From Candidatus Kaiserbacteria bacterium (GTDB lineage Bacteria; Patescibacteriota; Minisyncoccia; Phycocordibacterales; Phycocordibacteraceae), in NCBI GenBank assembly GCA_029288865.1, contig JARIGM010000023.1, forward strand, positions 3,039-67,038: a DNA stretch of 64,000 nucleotides, in the 5' to 3' direction. Under the pieces are notes generated by a model, which made no database searches, was not told the origin of the DNA, and saw nothing but the letters and a program-made list of their open reading frames with translations. Shown here piece after piece: positions 1-10,077 of this stretch; within the stretch, counting starts at the first letter, position 1, and each line of letters opens with the position of its first letter. Position numbers and translations under genes: made by a program.

Positions 1-83
1 TGATATGGATTTTGATTACGACTCCTATAAGATTCTCAGCACGCACTTACTGAAGCCCGAAGTGCACAAAAAGATCACGCGAC

Positions 84-446
84 TTACATCGCAGCAACTG
101 GCTGTGAAGAATATGTCTCAACTACTTGAACCTGACGACGTTGTGCTTCGGTAAGTGCTTCGGCGAGGCGGTCGTTTTCTTTGCGGAGGCTGTACATGCG
201 GACGCGATCACGAATCGCTGCCGGGAATGAAAGCAGCATGCTCAAAAGCCCGCCGGCTAAGAGTGAGAGGACGACGAGCAACGCAAGTGAGCTCTGGAAC
301 TGCCATCCGAGGAATGACAATGCAACAATAGTGGTGTTCTGGAATGCAAAGACAATAGCCGCCGCACCGAGTACGAACCCGAGAATCAGTGAAAGTATCA
401 TATACGGCTCAGTATACTCATCAATACATGAAGAATACATGTGCAC
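84..446 (-). CDS. LapA-like (DUF1049) inner-membrane protein with C-terminal coiled coil
   Basis: 120 aa ORF; two hydrophobic helices followed by a charged helix (RDRVRMYSLRKENDRLAEALTEAQRR), as in LapA/YciS family proteins. Confidence 0.4.
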   Translation of the reverse strand: MHMYSSCIDEYTEPYMILSLILGFVLGAAAIVFAFQNTTIVALSFLGWQFQSSLALLVVLSLLAGGLLSMLLSFPAAIRDRVRMYSLRKENDRLAEALTEAQRRQVQVVETYSSQPVAAM

Positions 447-460
447 GTATGAACCTTAAT

Positions 461-709
461 CTAGGCCATGAATGGACTTTCAATGCCGGAAGCAGTATTG
501 GTGGTATCAATCGGTCCGAATTTCGCTTCGTATTCTGCAACCTTTTCGTTCCAGGTCGTAAGCATGGATTTCATAAGTTCAGGTGGAATCGCAAAGCCGG
601 CAATGTTGTCGCCTGAACGGAGCGCGACTACGAACTGATGCTGACCGAAGTTTATATGGGCTCCGTTGCAAAAAAGCATCGGGAGGGTGTCAAAGTCGAG
701 GTTTTGCAT
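461..709 (-). CDS. hypothetical small protein
   Basis: 82 aa ORF in the gap between flanking minus-strand genes; no recognisable motif. Confidence 0.3.
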   Translation of the reverse strand: MQNLDFDTLPMLFCNGAHINFGQHQFVVALRSGDNIAGFAIPPELMKSMLTTWNEKVAEYEAKFGPIDTTNTASGIESPFMA

Positions 710-718
710 AGGAACGCA

Positions 719-1417
719 TTATATCCCAACTGCCCCAAATAGTCTTCCGACGCCAAACGTAATTGCCATAGCAAGTAGCCCGCCGATAACGATGCGAATA
801 GTAGGACGAAGCTGCCCTACCCCGCTGACGCGAGCGCTTAATGTGCCCGTGATGATGAGTGCAGCAACGACTGCTGCGAATGTAACCGGTAACCGCAGTC
901 CCATCGGTGGCAAGACGATTGCCAGAAGTGGAATAAGACCTCCTACGGAGAACGATACTGCAGACGCAATTGCCGCATGCAGCGGATTCGAGAGGTCGTC
1001 CGGATCGATGCCGAGCTCTGCATCGAGATGTGCCTTGAATGCGTCTTTTTCAGAGAGCTCAGCAGCCACTTTCTTTGCAGTCCTGCGTGAGAGACCCTTC
1101 TCTTCATAGATGCCTGCAAGCTCTTCGAGTTCCTCTTCAGGATTGTCACGATGCGCGATGCGTTCTTTCTCGAGGATTGAACGTTCAACATCGAGCTGGC
1201 TGCTCACCGACACGTATTCGCCGAGTGCCATAGAAAAGGCCCCTGCGATGAGGCCGGCTACGCCGACCTGTAGTATAGAAATAGCGGAGCTATTGGCGCC
1301 GGCAACACCGGCTACGAGCGCAGCGATCGAGACGATGCCGTCATTCGCGCCGAGTACAGCTGCACGCAACCAATTCAAACGTCCGTTCAGTCCGGTTGTT
1401 CCGTTTTGTTCATCCAT
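719..1417 (-). CDS. VIT1/CCC1-family iron/manganese transporter
   Basis: 232 aa; N-terminal GANDGIVS and later LGEYVSVSSQ motifs with C-terminal TM helices, typical of the VIT/CCC1 (DUF125) family. Confidence 0.8.
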   Translation of the reverse strand: MDEQNGTTGLNGRLNWLRAAVLGANDGIVSIAALVAGVAGANSSAISILQVGVAGLIAGAFSMALGEYVSVSSQLDVERSILEKERIAHRDNPEEELEELAGIYEEKGLSRRTAKKVAAELSEKDAFKAHLDAELGIDPDDLSNPLHAAIASAVSFSVGGLIPLLAIVLPPMGLRLPVTFAAVVAALIITGTLSARVSGVGQLRPTIRIVIGGLLAMAITFGVGRLFGAVGI

Positions 1418-1426
1418 ACGAGTTGA

Positions 1427-1645
1427 TTATATATTCGGATTCAATGTCGGGAGACTTTTAAGTGGCAGATTCTTCATGAGCGATTGAGTAGCGTCTACGA
1501 TGAAGATCCATGCGGATAAGACGAGATGCCAAAGGTACGCGAAGTTGCTCTGGGCAAGCGGAGAGTCAACCAGGCTCTGAAGCGATACGCCAAAGAATGA
1601 AAGCATGAGCACTCCGATGACGACATACAGTAGCAGGCGGATCAT
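1427..1645 (-). CDS. small membrane protein, hypothetical
   Basis: 72 aa with two hydrophobic helices; sits between VIT and Nramp genes on the same strand. Confidence 0.3.
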   Translation of the reverse strand: MIRLLLYVVIGVLMLSFFGVSLQSLVDSPLAQSNFAYLWHLVLSAWIFIVDATQSLMKNLPLKSLPTLNPNI

Positions 1646-1652
1646 AGATTGA

Positions 1653-3044
1653 TTATACCACTAGAGAAATTATAGCTGCGACGCCAGCGACCAGCATGAG
1701 GCCGAAGGCAACCCAGCCGATGGTTGTGGTGATTTTGCCACTCGCATGTTCACGCATGAGCTGCTTGTTGCTGCTCAGTCGAACGATGAAGAACAGGATC
1801 ACCGGAGCGACGATTCCGTTTGCGACCGCCGAATAGATAAGCGCCTTAATTGGGTCCAGGCCGATGAAGTTCAATCCGATACCGACCAGCACGGACAAGA
1901 TAATGACTCCATAGAACGCATATGCCTCTTTCAGTTTGCGATAGAGACCATGCTTCCAACCAAAGCTTTCCGAGAGGGCATATGAGGTCGAGCCTGCAAG
2001 AACCGGAATCGCGAGCATACCAGTTCCGATAATCCCGATGGTGAAGAGTAAGAATGCTGCGTCTCCCGCAAATGGCTTGAGTGCGAGTGCCGCATCCGCG
2101 GCGCTCGTGATGTTCGTGATGCCATGCGAGAAGAGCGTTCCGGCACATGCAGCAATGATAAAGAACATGATCACATTCGAGAGTAACATGCCGCTCCATA
2201 CATCAGACTTCATGCCCTTGATCGCTTCAGGCGATACTTCTTGGCGCCAGCTCGATTCATCTATCTCGCCACGCAGATTCTCTTCCTCTACTTCTTGCGA
2301 GGTCTGCCAGAAGAAAAGATACGGTGATATCGTGGTACCAAGAATTGCACAGATAAGGTACAGCTGGGTCATGCTGAACTGGAGATGCGGGATCATTCCC
2401 TGCAGCACTGCATGCACATCCAGGTGGCTCAGAAGCGCTGAAACGACATACGCAAAAAGTACGAAGGCTAAGTACTTCAGATATTTCGCATAGCGGGCGT
2501 AGGTGGTAAAGATCTGTAAGCCAAGGCTCACCACTGCAAATCCAACTACAAGCAGCGTGAAGCTGAGGTGAGGATAGAGGAGTTGTGTTCCCTTTGCCAT
2601 CGCACCGAGATCCGCGCCAATATTGAAGGAGTTAGCCGCAAAGAGCAAGATCGTGACGACATACAGCACCCAGCTCGGGTACGCGCGGCGGATGTTTGCA
2701 GCAAGACCGTGTCCGGTTGCAAGACCGATGCGTGCGCACATTTCCTGCACGACAGCCATGAGCGGGAACGTGAACCACGAGAGCCACAAAAGCTGGAAAC
2801 CGTATTGCGCACCGGTTTGCGAATATGTCGCGATGCCGGCAGGATCGTCATCCGAGGCACCGGTCGTAAGCCCTGGACCTAGTGTGTTCCAATATTCCTC
2901 AGCAACTTTAAACGGCTTCTTGCTGATCGTCTCTTTGCCGATCTTCTCGACTTCCTCTATTCCCTCTTGGAGCAGTACTGCCGGCTCAGCAATGATGCGT
3001 TCAAGCGCAGAGGCGTCGTTCAGGCCTGATTCTTCCGGCGGCAT
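1653..3044 (-). CDS. mntH: Nramp-family divalent metal (Mn2+/Fe2+) transporter
   Basis: 463 aa polytopic protein; LGPGLTTGASDDDPAGIATYSQTGAQYGF matches the Nramp GPGxL...DPGNIAT signature region. Confidence 0.85.
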   Translation of the reverse strand: MPPEESGLNDASALERIIAEPAVLLQEGIEEVEKIGKETISKKPFKVAEEYWNTLGPGLTTGASDDDPAGIATYSQTGAQYGFQLLWLSWFTFPLMAVVQEMCARIGLATGHGLAANIRRAYPSWVLYVVTILLFAANSFNIGADLGAMAKGTQLLYPHLSFTLLVVGFAVVSLGLQIFTTYARYAKYLKYLAFVLFAYVVSALLSHLDVHAVLQGMIPHLQFSMTQLYLICAILGTTISPYLFFWQTSQEVEEENLRGEIDESSWRQEVSPEAIKGMKSDVWSGMLLSNVIMFFIIAACAGTLFSHGITNITSAADAALALKPFAGDAAFLLFTIGIIGTGMLAIPVLAGSTSYALSESFGWKHGLYRKLKEAYAFYGVIILSVLVGIGLNFIGLDPIKALIYSAVANGIVAPVILFFIVRLSSNKQLMREHASGKITTTIGWVAFGLMLVAGVAAIISLVV

Positions 3045-3062
3045 AAGTACCTTAATTATACG

Positions 3063-4424
3063 TTATAAATACGAAAGTGGGTTGAGATATCCGTTTGTCG
3101 GGGACACCGGCATCGTTGCGTTCTGGCATGGCGTCGAAGCGCCGCGATATTGGCCCAATGTCATGATTTTCACGCCGGCAGAGGCATAGACGCCGAAGTG
3201 GAGGTGGGGGCCGGTTGCGTAGCCAGTCATACCGGAGTAGCCGATCACGTCGCCGGTGCTTACGGCCTGTCCGGCGCTCACGCCAATCTGTGAAAGGTGG
3301 GCGTACATAGTGTTCAGGCCATTCGCGTGCTTGATCATCACCCACTTTCCGAAGGAGAGGCACTGCTGGCCTTTATTGCTTGCAAGGTCCGTATTCCCTG
3401 TCGCAAGAACCGTACCTGAGAGTGCTGCTTCCACCGGCGTGCCAACGGGTACGCCGATGTCGAGTCCGTCATGACCCATACCGTTGTAGACGGATGCATT
3501 CGCTGTCGCGAATGCGGTATTGCCGAAGTACTGCGTTATGCAAAAGATATTGCCGAGCGCACCGGACTTCCCTTTGCAGTTCTCCATTACTGAGTCAGAG
3601 AAGGGCCATGCGAGAATGCCTTGTCCTGAGTGCGGGATCTCTGCGGCAGTCACACTCTTCAATTGCTTCGCAAGATCGGAGAGCTCGTTTTCCATAGTCT
3701 TCTCCTGTGCTTTCTTTTGCGCGAGCAGTTGTTGGTAGGTGCTTTCAGTATTCTTCGTCACTGCAAGGAGCTGCTGCTTGGATTGTTCGGTGGCTTCCAG
3801 CTGCCCCTTCTGTGTGGTGAGCGTGGTATCAAGCTGTACGAGTTGCTGTTTGGTGCTGCTCGCCTCTTGCTGCTGGCCTGCTAACTGCGTCTTCACATCG
3901 GCGAGTTCGGTTATGTGGCCGTGAAGTGCCGCGTTCACCATTGTCTGCGTATCGACGGCGAGCCATGCGTTCACGAGTGTATCGCTAGAAAGGACGGCAA
4001 TTACTGGAGAGACGCCATCGTTTGCGGAAATCTCGCGAAGCGATGCAGCGATCGCGTTCTTATCCATCTCGATAATCTGTTGCTTTGTCTGGATTTGCTG
4101 TCCCAATTGCTGAATACGGAGATCGGTCGCCGACAATTTGTTTTGTGTGACATTGATCTGCGCTGTTGTCTGCGCCTTAGTGAGGTCGATGGTCTTGATG
4201 GCAGACTGCAGCGTTTGTTTCTGCGCGGTTACGGCATTCAGCTGCTTCTGGTATTGGGAAATCTCTTGGTTCAACGAATCGATCTGTTGACTGTGCGCAT
4301 TAATCTGCGCTTGGATTGCGGCCTGCGTGGAAGATGAGGTGTCTGCAAACGCAGCTGCTCCGATACTGCAGAGCCCTATCAAGCATGAGAGGAAAAGAGC
4401 TGATGCAAAGAATCGGACCTTCAT
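3063..4424 (-). CDS. secreted M23 (LytM-type) metallopeptidase with long N-terminal coiled coil
   Basis: 453 aa; signal peptide, Q/L-rich coiled coil, C-terminal HxxxD (GMGHDGLDIG) and HxH (GPHLHFGVY) motifs of M23 peptidases. Confidence 0.85.
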   Translation of the reverse strand: MKVRFFASALFLSCLIGLCSIGAAAFADTSSSTQAAIQAQINAHSQQIDSLNQEISQYQKQLNAVTAQKQTLQSAIKTIDLTKAQTTAQINVTQNKLSATDLRIQQLGQQIQTKQQIIEMDKNAIAASLREISANDGVSPVIAVLSSDTLVNAWLAVDTQTMVNAALHGHITELADVKTQLAGQQQEASSTKQQLVQLDTTLTTQKGQLEATEQSKQQLLAVTKNTESTYQQLLAQKKAQEKTMENELSDLAKQLKSVTAAEIPHSGQGILAWPFSDSVMENCKGKSGALGNIFCITQYFGNTAFATANASVYNGMGHDGLDIGVPVGTPVEAALSGTVLATGNTDLASNKGQQCLSFGKWVMIKHANGLNTMYAHLSQIGVSAGQAVSTGDVIGYSGMTGYATGPHLHFGVYASAGVKIMTLGQYRGASTPCQNATMPVSPTNGYLNPLSYL

Positions 4425-5875
4425 TCACCTAGTATAGCAAGTGCGGCGGTGATGCGTAATAGGCTTTCTTCGGTGCCAAGGATCGAAATGAGTGTGAACG
4501 GATCAGGTGATTTTTCCTGGCCAGAAAGTGCATAGCGAAGTGGCCACAGGACGGCTCCACGACCGCCGTTTTCCTTCGGATTCTGGTCTGCATATGGCAT
4601 GAGCTGCTCTTTGATACTCTCCGCATCGAGGTCGTTCGCAAGATTGTTCGGTAGAGTCTTAATAGTTGCTGCAAGGTCGGTGAGCGCTTGTTTGGTGTAC
4701 GCGCCTCGTGTCTCTGAAGGAACTTCCTTGGATATAAGCATGTCACGGTCCACAGCCGGCGCTGTCCAGATGCATGCGAGCTCGTGCCCCATCATCTCGC
4801 GCGCTTCGCCGAACGTATGCGAGCGTTCCTTCAAAAGCGGTACGACTTTCTCGAGTCTGCTCGTATCTGGAGCGGTCAGGTTTCCGGCTGCGATGTACGC
4901 AGTATCCGAAAGCTGTCGCATGTGTTCACGATTGATGAATCTGAGTTTCTCCTCGTCAAAGCGTGCGCCTCCTTTCTGGATGCGCGTGATATCAAATGTC
5001 TTTATGAGCTCTTCCGGGGTGAAGACCTCTTGATCCCCTTCTGGATGCCATCCAAGCAGCGCCAGGAAGTTCATCATGCCAGTTGGCAGATACCCTTCAC
5101 TGCGATAATCGAGAATATCTTTTGCACCATCGCGCTTGCCGAGCTTCTTGTTTCCGTCCGAGCCGAGGATTGGTGGCATGGTTGCGAATTCAGGTCGCTT
5201 GATGTCGAGGGCTTCATACAGCGACAAGAATTTCGGCGTCGAGGAGATGAACTCGTTCGCACGCATGATGTGCGTGATCTCCATTTCAAGATCGTCGATG
5301 ATGTGCGCGAAGTTGTAGGTCGGGTAGCTGTCGGACTTCACGAGGATGAAGTCATCGAGCGCTTCTTCGCCAGCAGTCAGCTCACCATACACGAGATCGT
5401 TCCAGGTATACCGCTTTACTTCCGGCACTTTGAATCGAAGTGGCTGTGTGCCGTCCCACTCACCAAAGGTGTCGGGTCGGTGATCGCGATACAGGAACGG
5501 ACGCTTCTCTGTTTCTGCTTGCTGACGGAATCCTTCTACTTGCTCTTCGGTGTATGGGTCAGGATATGCAAAACCAGCTTCGATAAGTTGGCGGGCGTAT
5601 TTGTGGTATGAGTCGAGGCGCGCGGATTGGAGGTATGGCTCGAACGGGCCGCCGATGTCGATGCCCTCATCCCACTCGATGTCGAGCCATTTGAGGGATT
5701 CGATGATGTGCCCGATCGATCCTTCTACCTCGCGGGCCTTGTCCGTGTCTTCGATGCGGAGGATGAACTGGCCGCCGTTCTGGCGCGCGAAAAGCCACGC
5801 GAAAAGCGCGGTGCGGACGCCGCCCACGTGCATATAGCCGGTCGGGCTCGGGGCGAAACGGGTACGGACTGCCAT
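4421..5875 (-). CDS. gltX: glutamyl-tRNA synthetase
   Basis: 484 aa; class I HVGG (PSPTGYMHVGG) and RIEDTD motifs; 4-bp ATGA overlap with the downstream M23 peptidase gene. Confidence 0.95.
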   Translation of the reverse strand: MAVRTRFAPSPTGYMHVGGVRTALFAWLFARQNGGQFILRIEDTDKAREVEGSIGHIIESLKWLDIEWDEGIDIGGPFEPYLQSARLDSYHKYARQLIEAGFAYPDPYTEEQVEGFRQQAETEKRPFLYRDHRPDTFGEWDGTQPLRFKVPEVKRYTWNDLVYGELTAGEEALDDFILVKSDSYPTYNFAHIIDDLEMEITHIMRANEFISSTPKFLSLYEALDIKRPEFATMPPILGSDGNKKLGKRDGAKDILDYRSEGYLPTGMMNFLALLGWHPEGDQEVFTPEELIKTFDITRIQKGGARFDEEKLRFINREHMRQLSDTAYIAAGNLTAPDTSRLEKVVPLLKERSHTFGEAREMMGHELACIWTAPAVDRDMLISKEVPSETRGAYTKQALTDLAATIKTLPNNLANDLDAESIKEQLMPYADQNPKENGGRGAVLWPLRYALSGQEKSPDPFTLISILGTEESLLRITAALAILGE

Positions 5876-5901
5876 ATCCTTAAATCGTACTATTTTCTGG
5901 C

Positions 5902-7056
5902 CTATTTTGCATCCTGCTCAGCTTCGTGGGCCAACCCGATGGCTACGAGTTCCTCGGCAATTGTGCGGGCTGCATCAGAGCCGCCGTATACAGCTCCCTT
6001 CTCTCCCATGCTTTGTGCGAGCTCAGCATCGGTTGCGATGCGGTGAATCTCGGATGCAAGCACGTGCGGCGTCATGTTCCCTTCCTCCAGCACGACGGCA
6101 GCGCCCGTATGTGCATAGCTGTATGCGTTCGTGCGCTGATCGTGACTTATCGATTCTGGAATCGGAATGAGAATCGCCGGCTTCTTCCAGAATGCGATTT
6201 CTGAAATTGAGCCAGAGCCTGCACGCGAGACGATCAGATCCGCTGCACTTGCCGCTTGGCGAAGCGAATCTGCTGCGAAGTACGGCACCGCGTGATAGCG
6301 AGATGCATGCGCACTTTTCTCGAGGATAAGCTTGCTCGTCGGGCCAACCTCAGCGAAGTTGTCTTTGCCGGTCTGATGAATTACGTTCATTGTCTCGACG
6401 AGTTCAGTTAATCCTGCGAGGAGCATGTCGTTGATCTTCTTCGAACCGAGCGAACCTCCCAGCACGAGTACCGTCGGGACAGTGGGATCGAGTCCGAGGC
6501 TCTGCATCGCTTGCTCTTTATCGGTCAGAGCGAGAATCTTGCGCACGGGCGTGCCGATCACGGCAACGTTTTTCTTTGCTTTCGCTGGTACGTCTTGTGC
6601 CGCACTCTCATACGCAACACCGATGCGGTACGCGAATCTCGCCGCAAGTTTGTTCGCGCGGCCCATGCGCGTGTCTGATTCATGGATAATCACGGGAATG
6701 CCGAGATAGTGTGCGGCGAGCACGGTCGGGACGCTCGTATAGCCGCCCTTCGAGAACACAACATCCGGATACAGCTTGAAGAGCGTGGACCAGGCCTTCA
6801 TGATGCCGGAAAGGGTCACGAAGATATCGGTGAAGTTCTGAAAGGAGAAATACCGGCGCACCTTCCCTGCTGGGATCGGGACGAACTCGATGCGCGTGGC
6901 GAAGAGCGCGTCTTGGTCGAATGGCGCGGGCGCGAACTGGAACATCTGCGGATCCACGAGCTGGCTCTCTGCCACGATGTCATGGACCGCTTCTGCGACA
7001 GCGATGATGGGATAGAAATGGCCGCCGGTGCCGCTTCCCGTAAACACGATCTTCAT
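5902..7056 (-). CDS. murG: UDP-GlcNAc:lipid I N-acetylglucosaminyltransferase MurG
   Basis: 384 aa; N-terminal GSGTGGHFYP glycine-rich motif and overall GT28 architecture. Confidence 0.9.
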   Translation of the reverse strand: MKIVFTGSGTGGHFYPIIAVAEAVHDIVAESQLVDPQMFQFAPAPFDQDALFATRIEFVPIPAGKVRRYFSFQNFTDIFVTLSGIMKAWSTLFKLYPDVVFSKGGYTSVPTVLAAHYLGIPVIIHESDTRMGRANKLAARFAYRIGVAYESAAQDVPAKAKKNVAVIGTPVRKILALTDKEQAMQSLGLDPTVPTVLVLGGSLGSKKINDMLLAGLTELVETMNVIHQTGKDNFAEVGPTSKLILEKSAHASRYHAVPYFAADSLRQAASAADLIVSRAGSGSISEIAFWKKPAILIPIPESISHDQRTNAYSYAHTGAAVVLEEGNMTPHVLASEIHRIATDAELAQSMGEKGAVYGGSDAARTIAEELVAIGLAHEAEQDAK

Positions 7057-7089
7057 AATATCTCTACTTTAGCACGGTCAATCTTATAC

Positions 7090-8220
7090 TTACGGAGTAT
7101 TAAATTTGGTATATGCCTTTGTAATCTCGACTTCTTCATTCTGAATTTCTTGTTCGAGCTTTGCCATCTGAGCTCGCTGCTCGTTAGTTATTGTCCCAGA
7201 ACCAATCTGCTTGCTGTAAGTTAGCAGGCTCGATAACGTATTTGCCTGTTTTTGTTGGATAGCAAGAAGATTTGTATATTTTGTTAGGCTATCCAATTGT
7301 CGGATTTGGTCGATATTTGGCAGCTGCTTGCTGTACTCAGTACGAAGTTTAGATATGTCATCAAGCATCTTATTGTTGATATCTTGTCTTGCTTGAATCT
7401 GGTTCTGAAGTGCCTGGATATCTGCATCATCCGGATGCTGTTTTTGCAGGAAGAGTTGATAATCGCTTGAAATATTGCCTGTTAGGGTAGAATACTGTTG
7501 CTCCAATTGGGTTTCGTCCTGCGTAATCTTATTAATTTTTGATGCGTCCAATGCGTTTGTAGCCATGAATGCAATAATCAATACCGGAAGCCCAATGAAA
7601 TGCGCGATTCGAAAATTCGCCTTTGTAGTGGGAGCTTTGAGTGCAAAGACGAAATAAGCTGCAGTTGCCAAATTCACTATTACCCCACTCCATTCATGGC
7701 GGAGACCACTAAGGACGGTTTCCACGAGACTATATGTCAATACTATATAGAAAAGTGGGGTGGGAGCGGTCTTTTTCTTCCTGAAGAGTTGAATTGCTGC
7801 ATACAGAAGTGCAATATTTGAAACAATATCAAAGATTACATAGATGTTTGTTAAGGTAGGACCTGCCATGTAGTCATTTAAAAACCACGTGGTTGATGAG
7901 GATATAAAAAAGAAAAGTATTACGAATCCGAGTGTCCAATTGCGACGTCGGTCCAATGATTCTGTCTCAGATAAGTTGTTTGGCTCCGTCCGCTGAGTTT
8001 CGAGATTGTTGTCGGCATGCTGCCTGCTCCTGATGAAGATGGCTATAAGGAATATTGCAACACACAGGCCCAGGAGATCATTTATCATAAGCGCGTGATC
8101 TATCTGAGGCAGGCTCGTTGGGTGGGCAAATGTAGTGGCCAGTCCATTAAGATTCATGGCAACGAGAAGAATCCCGATTACTCCTGCAATAATTCCTCCC
8201 CAGCGCGAGCTTTTCTTCAT
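7090..8220 (-). CDS. polytopic membrane protein with C-terminal Q-rich coiled coil, hypothetical
   Basis: 376 aa; about 7 TM helices then an LQNQIQARQDINNKM-type coiled coil; AT-rich; first gene of the low-GC island. Confidence 0.5.
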   Translation of the reverse strand: MKKSSRWGGIIAGVIGILLVAMNLNGLATTFAHPTSLPQIDHALMINDLLGLCVAIFLIAIFIRSRQHADNNLETQRTEPNNLSETESLDRRRNWTLGFVILFFFISSSTTWFLNDYMAGPTLTNIYVIFDIVSNIALLYAAIQLFRKKKTAPTPLFYIVLTYSLVETVLSGLRHEWSGVIVNLATAAYFVFALKAPTTKANFRIAHFIGLPVLIIAFMATNALDASKINKITQDETQLEQQYSTLTGNISSDYQLFLQKQHPDDADIQALQNQIQARQDINNKMLDDISKLRTEYSKQLPNIDQIRQLDSLTKYTNLLAIQQKQANTLSSLLTYSKQIGSGTITNEQRAQMAKLEQEIQNEEVEITKAYTKFNTP

Positions 8221-8497
8221 GGATTTATTAGATATCGGTTATGTAATCATTATACAATATACAAATTAAACTGTCTGCCATCGGAAATACTCCTCCTCTT
8301 ACAAGAGGTGGCAGTTTAATCGCATCATCTGGCTCGTGCAGAACGGGCTCTTAGAGTTCGCCAAATATAATAGTCGGGCCATGGACAGCTGCTCTCGTCT
8401 CTGGGTAGTTGATTGTCACTTATCTATTGCATCTAAGAGCTCGTTTTCAAGACATGCTAAACGTTCGGGCTCGTTTTTGGCGTGAGAGGAGAAGTAA

Positions 8498-8944
8498 TTA
8501 GTACTTTTCAAAGCCTCCGAAGCTTGCATCTGGGTTGAACTCACGTAATGAATTCATGATTTTTTTAAGTCCGTACAAACGGTATATCCAGCTATAGAAA
8601 TTGTATTTAATTAAATTATCTTCTTTTTGGAAGACTAGCTGGGTGATAGATTTTTGCAGAGTTGCTGATCTAAGAGTTCCCTGTGGGATCACTACAGTTT
8701 CTCCAAACCATTCATAGATGGTTACGGATTTCATTCGTGTATCTATAATTACCTTTCTCACAGAACCAAGTATCATTCCGGGCAAACATACCAAGGGTGT
8801 GATCCATAAAAACGGATAAAAGAATTGAATATCTCTGTAGCAAATAGCATCTATCAGAACGATAACTGGAAAAAATATCAATACTAATATTGGTGTATAA
8901 AATTGGTAGGAGTGTATCGTATATATTTGTTTATCTTTCCACAT
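8498..8944 (-). CDS. small membrane protein (possible orphan immunity protein)
   Basis: 148 aa, 2-3 TM helices, AT-rich, lies in the RHS toxin/immunity island. Confidence 0.4.
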   Translation of the reverse strand: MWKDKQIYTIHSYQFYTPILVLIFFPVIVLIDAICYRDIQFFYPFLWITPLVCLPGMILGSVRKVIIDTRMKSVTIYEWFGETVVIPQGTLRSATLQKSITQLVFQKEDNLIKYNFYSWIYRLYGLKKIMNSLREFNPDASFGGFEKY

Positions 8945-8947
8945 AAT

Positions 8948-9265
8948 TTAATTGCTGTGCTGCGAATATTGATAATATTGTGCAGTATTGCCAATGTATA
9001 CAGTTCCGACAGCAATTATCCATCCGCCTATAACTATCATTACACCAAAGAAAGTTACGAGGATTCTATAGAAGCCCCATTTTGCTCGCTCTCTACTTCC
9101 CTCTAGAAATATTCCATCCATGAAAGTTTGGAATTTTTTATCATATGCATCGGCCATCGTTTTCCCAAATTCTTTACTATGCCAGATCACATAGAATCCC
9201 AAAATAAATAATGGTATCGAAATTATGATGTGCGTTAGCTGTATTGGGGCTATTGTTATCGGCAT
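8948..9265 (-). CDS. small membrane protein (possible orphan immunity protein)
   Basis: 105 aa, 2-3 TM helices, 3 bp from the previous ORF. Confidence 0.4.
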   Translation of the reverse strand: MPITIAPIQLTHIIISIPLFILGFYVIWHSKEFGKTMADAYDKKFQTFMDGIFLEGSRERAKWGFYRILVTFFGVMIVIGGWIIAVGTVYIGNTAQYYQYSQHSN

Positions 9266-9284
9266 AATAATTAATCCTCTCTAT

Positions 9285-9680
9285 TTATAGGAGAGAGACC
9301 TCTGGCGCTGTGTTAGAGATTATGTCTAACACGTGCGTATCGGTCTTGATTAAATAGTGAATCATTTTCCTGTCTTCGTAAATTCCGTTACTCTCATCAA
9401 TTAGCCATGAGATTAGATTAGAATTAGTTGAGGTACAGAATTGCCATTTGGGGTCTTCGAACTTTGACTTGATCCACATTCTGGTACGACCTGTCTCATC
9501 AATATTTTGATATAAATAATAGCGACGATATTTTATAGTAAGGGTTTTTGATTCATCAGACTCATCCTTAAGCTGAATAACTAATCCTTCATCATCTTGA
9601 TGGACATCTGTAATTAGAAAATTACCCGTAGTCTTTGCTCGGTCTTGCAATAATCTTAGTTCCATCCTTTTGTGTGCCAA
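9285..9680 (-). CDS. putative RHS-toxin immunity protein (orphan paralog)
   Basis: 131 aa; C-terminal half about 70% identical to ORF 15227..15613 (FEDPKWQFC.STNS.LI.WL.EES.GIYEDRKM.HYLIKT), the gene directly downstream of the giant RHS toxin. Confidence 0.5.
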   Translation of the reverse strand: MAHKRMELRLLQDRAKTTGNFLITDVHQDDEGLVIQLKDESDESKTLTIKYRRYYLYQNIDETGRTRMWIKSKFEDPKWQFCTSTNSNLISWLIDESNGIYEDRKMIHYLIKTDTHVLDIISNTAPEVSLL

Positions 9681-9722
9681 CCTGAACCTCGTCCCCCATA
9701 TAAAGACCTTTTCATATTTCCT

Positions 9723-10070
9723 TTAGCTCCTCGCAAGTCTATCTTCTTCCTTACCTTTGTCGGTACTCTCAAACCAATAGAACTCATCCGAATTTATTAC
9801 TCCAGGGTTCTCTACTTGTTGCATAGATGCTAAAAGTTCCTTTCTGAGTTTACCTTTATTCAAAACAGTAGGAGTGTAAGTATTATCAGTGGAGTTATAT
9901 TTTAAACAATTTAATTCTCCAGCATTTACGAGTTCCGCCAGAGTATCTACTATTTCTATTGCTTGCTCCTCCGTCTTTCCTTCAGATGAAGACCAGAACT
10001 CCCAAGAGCCGTATGCATCTTCAGAGCATAATTCAAGGATGTTTGATCGAATTTTGTTCCTGTTTATCAT
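9723..10070 (-). CDS. putative immunity protein for the orphan RHS-CT toxin 10078..11712
   Basis: 115 aa acidic cytoplasmic protein immediately downstream (8 bp) of the RHS C-terminal cassette; the position is that of a toxin/immunity pair. Confidence 0.45.
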   Translation of the reverse strand: MINRNKIRSNILELCSEDAYGSWEFWSSSEGKTEEQAIEIVDTLAELVNAGELNCLKYNSTDNTYTPTVLNKGKLRKELLASMQQVENPGVINSDEFYWFESTDKGKEEDRLARS

Positions 10071-10077
10071 ATATTAA

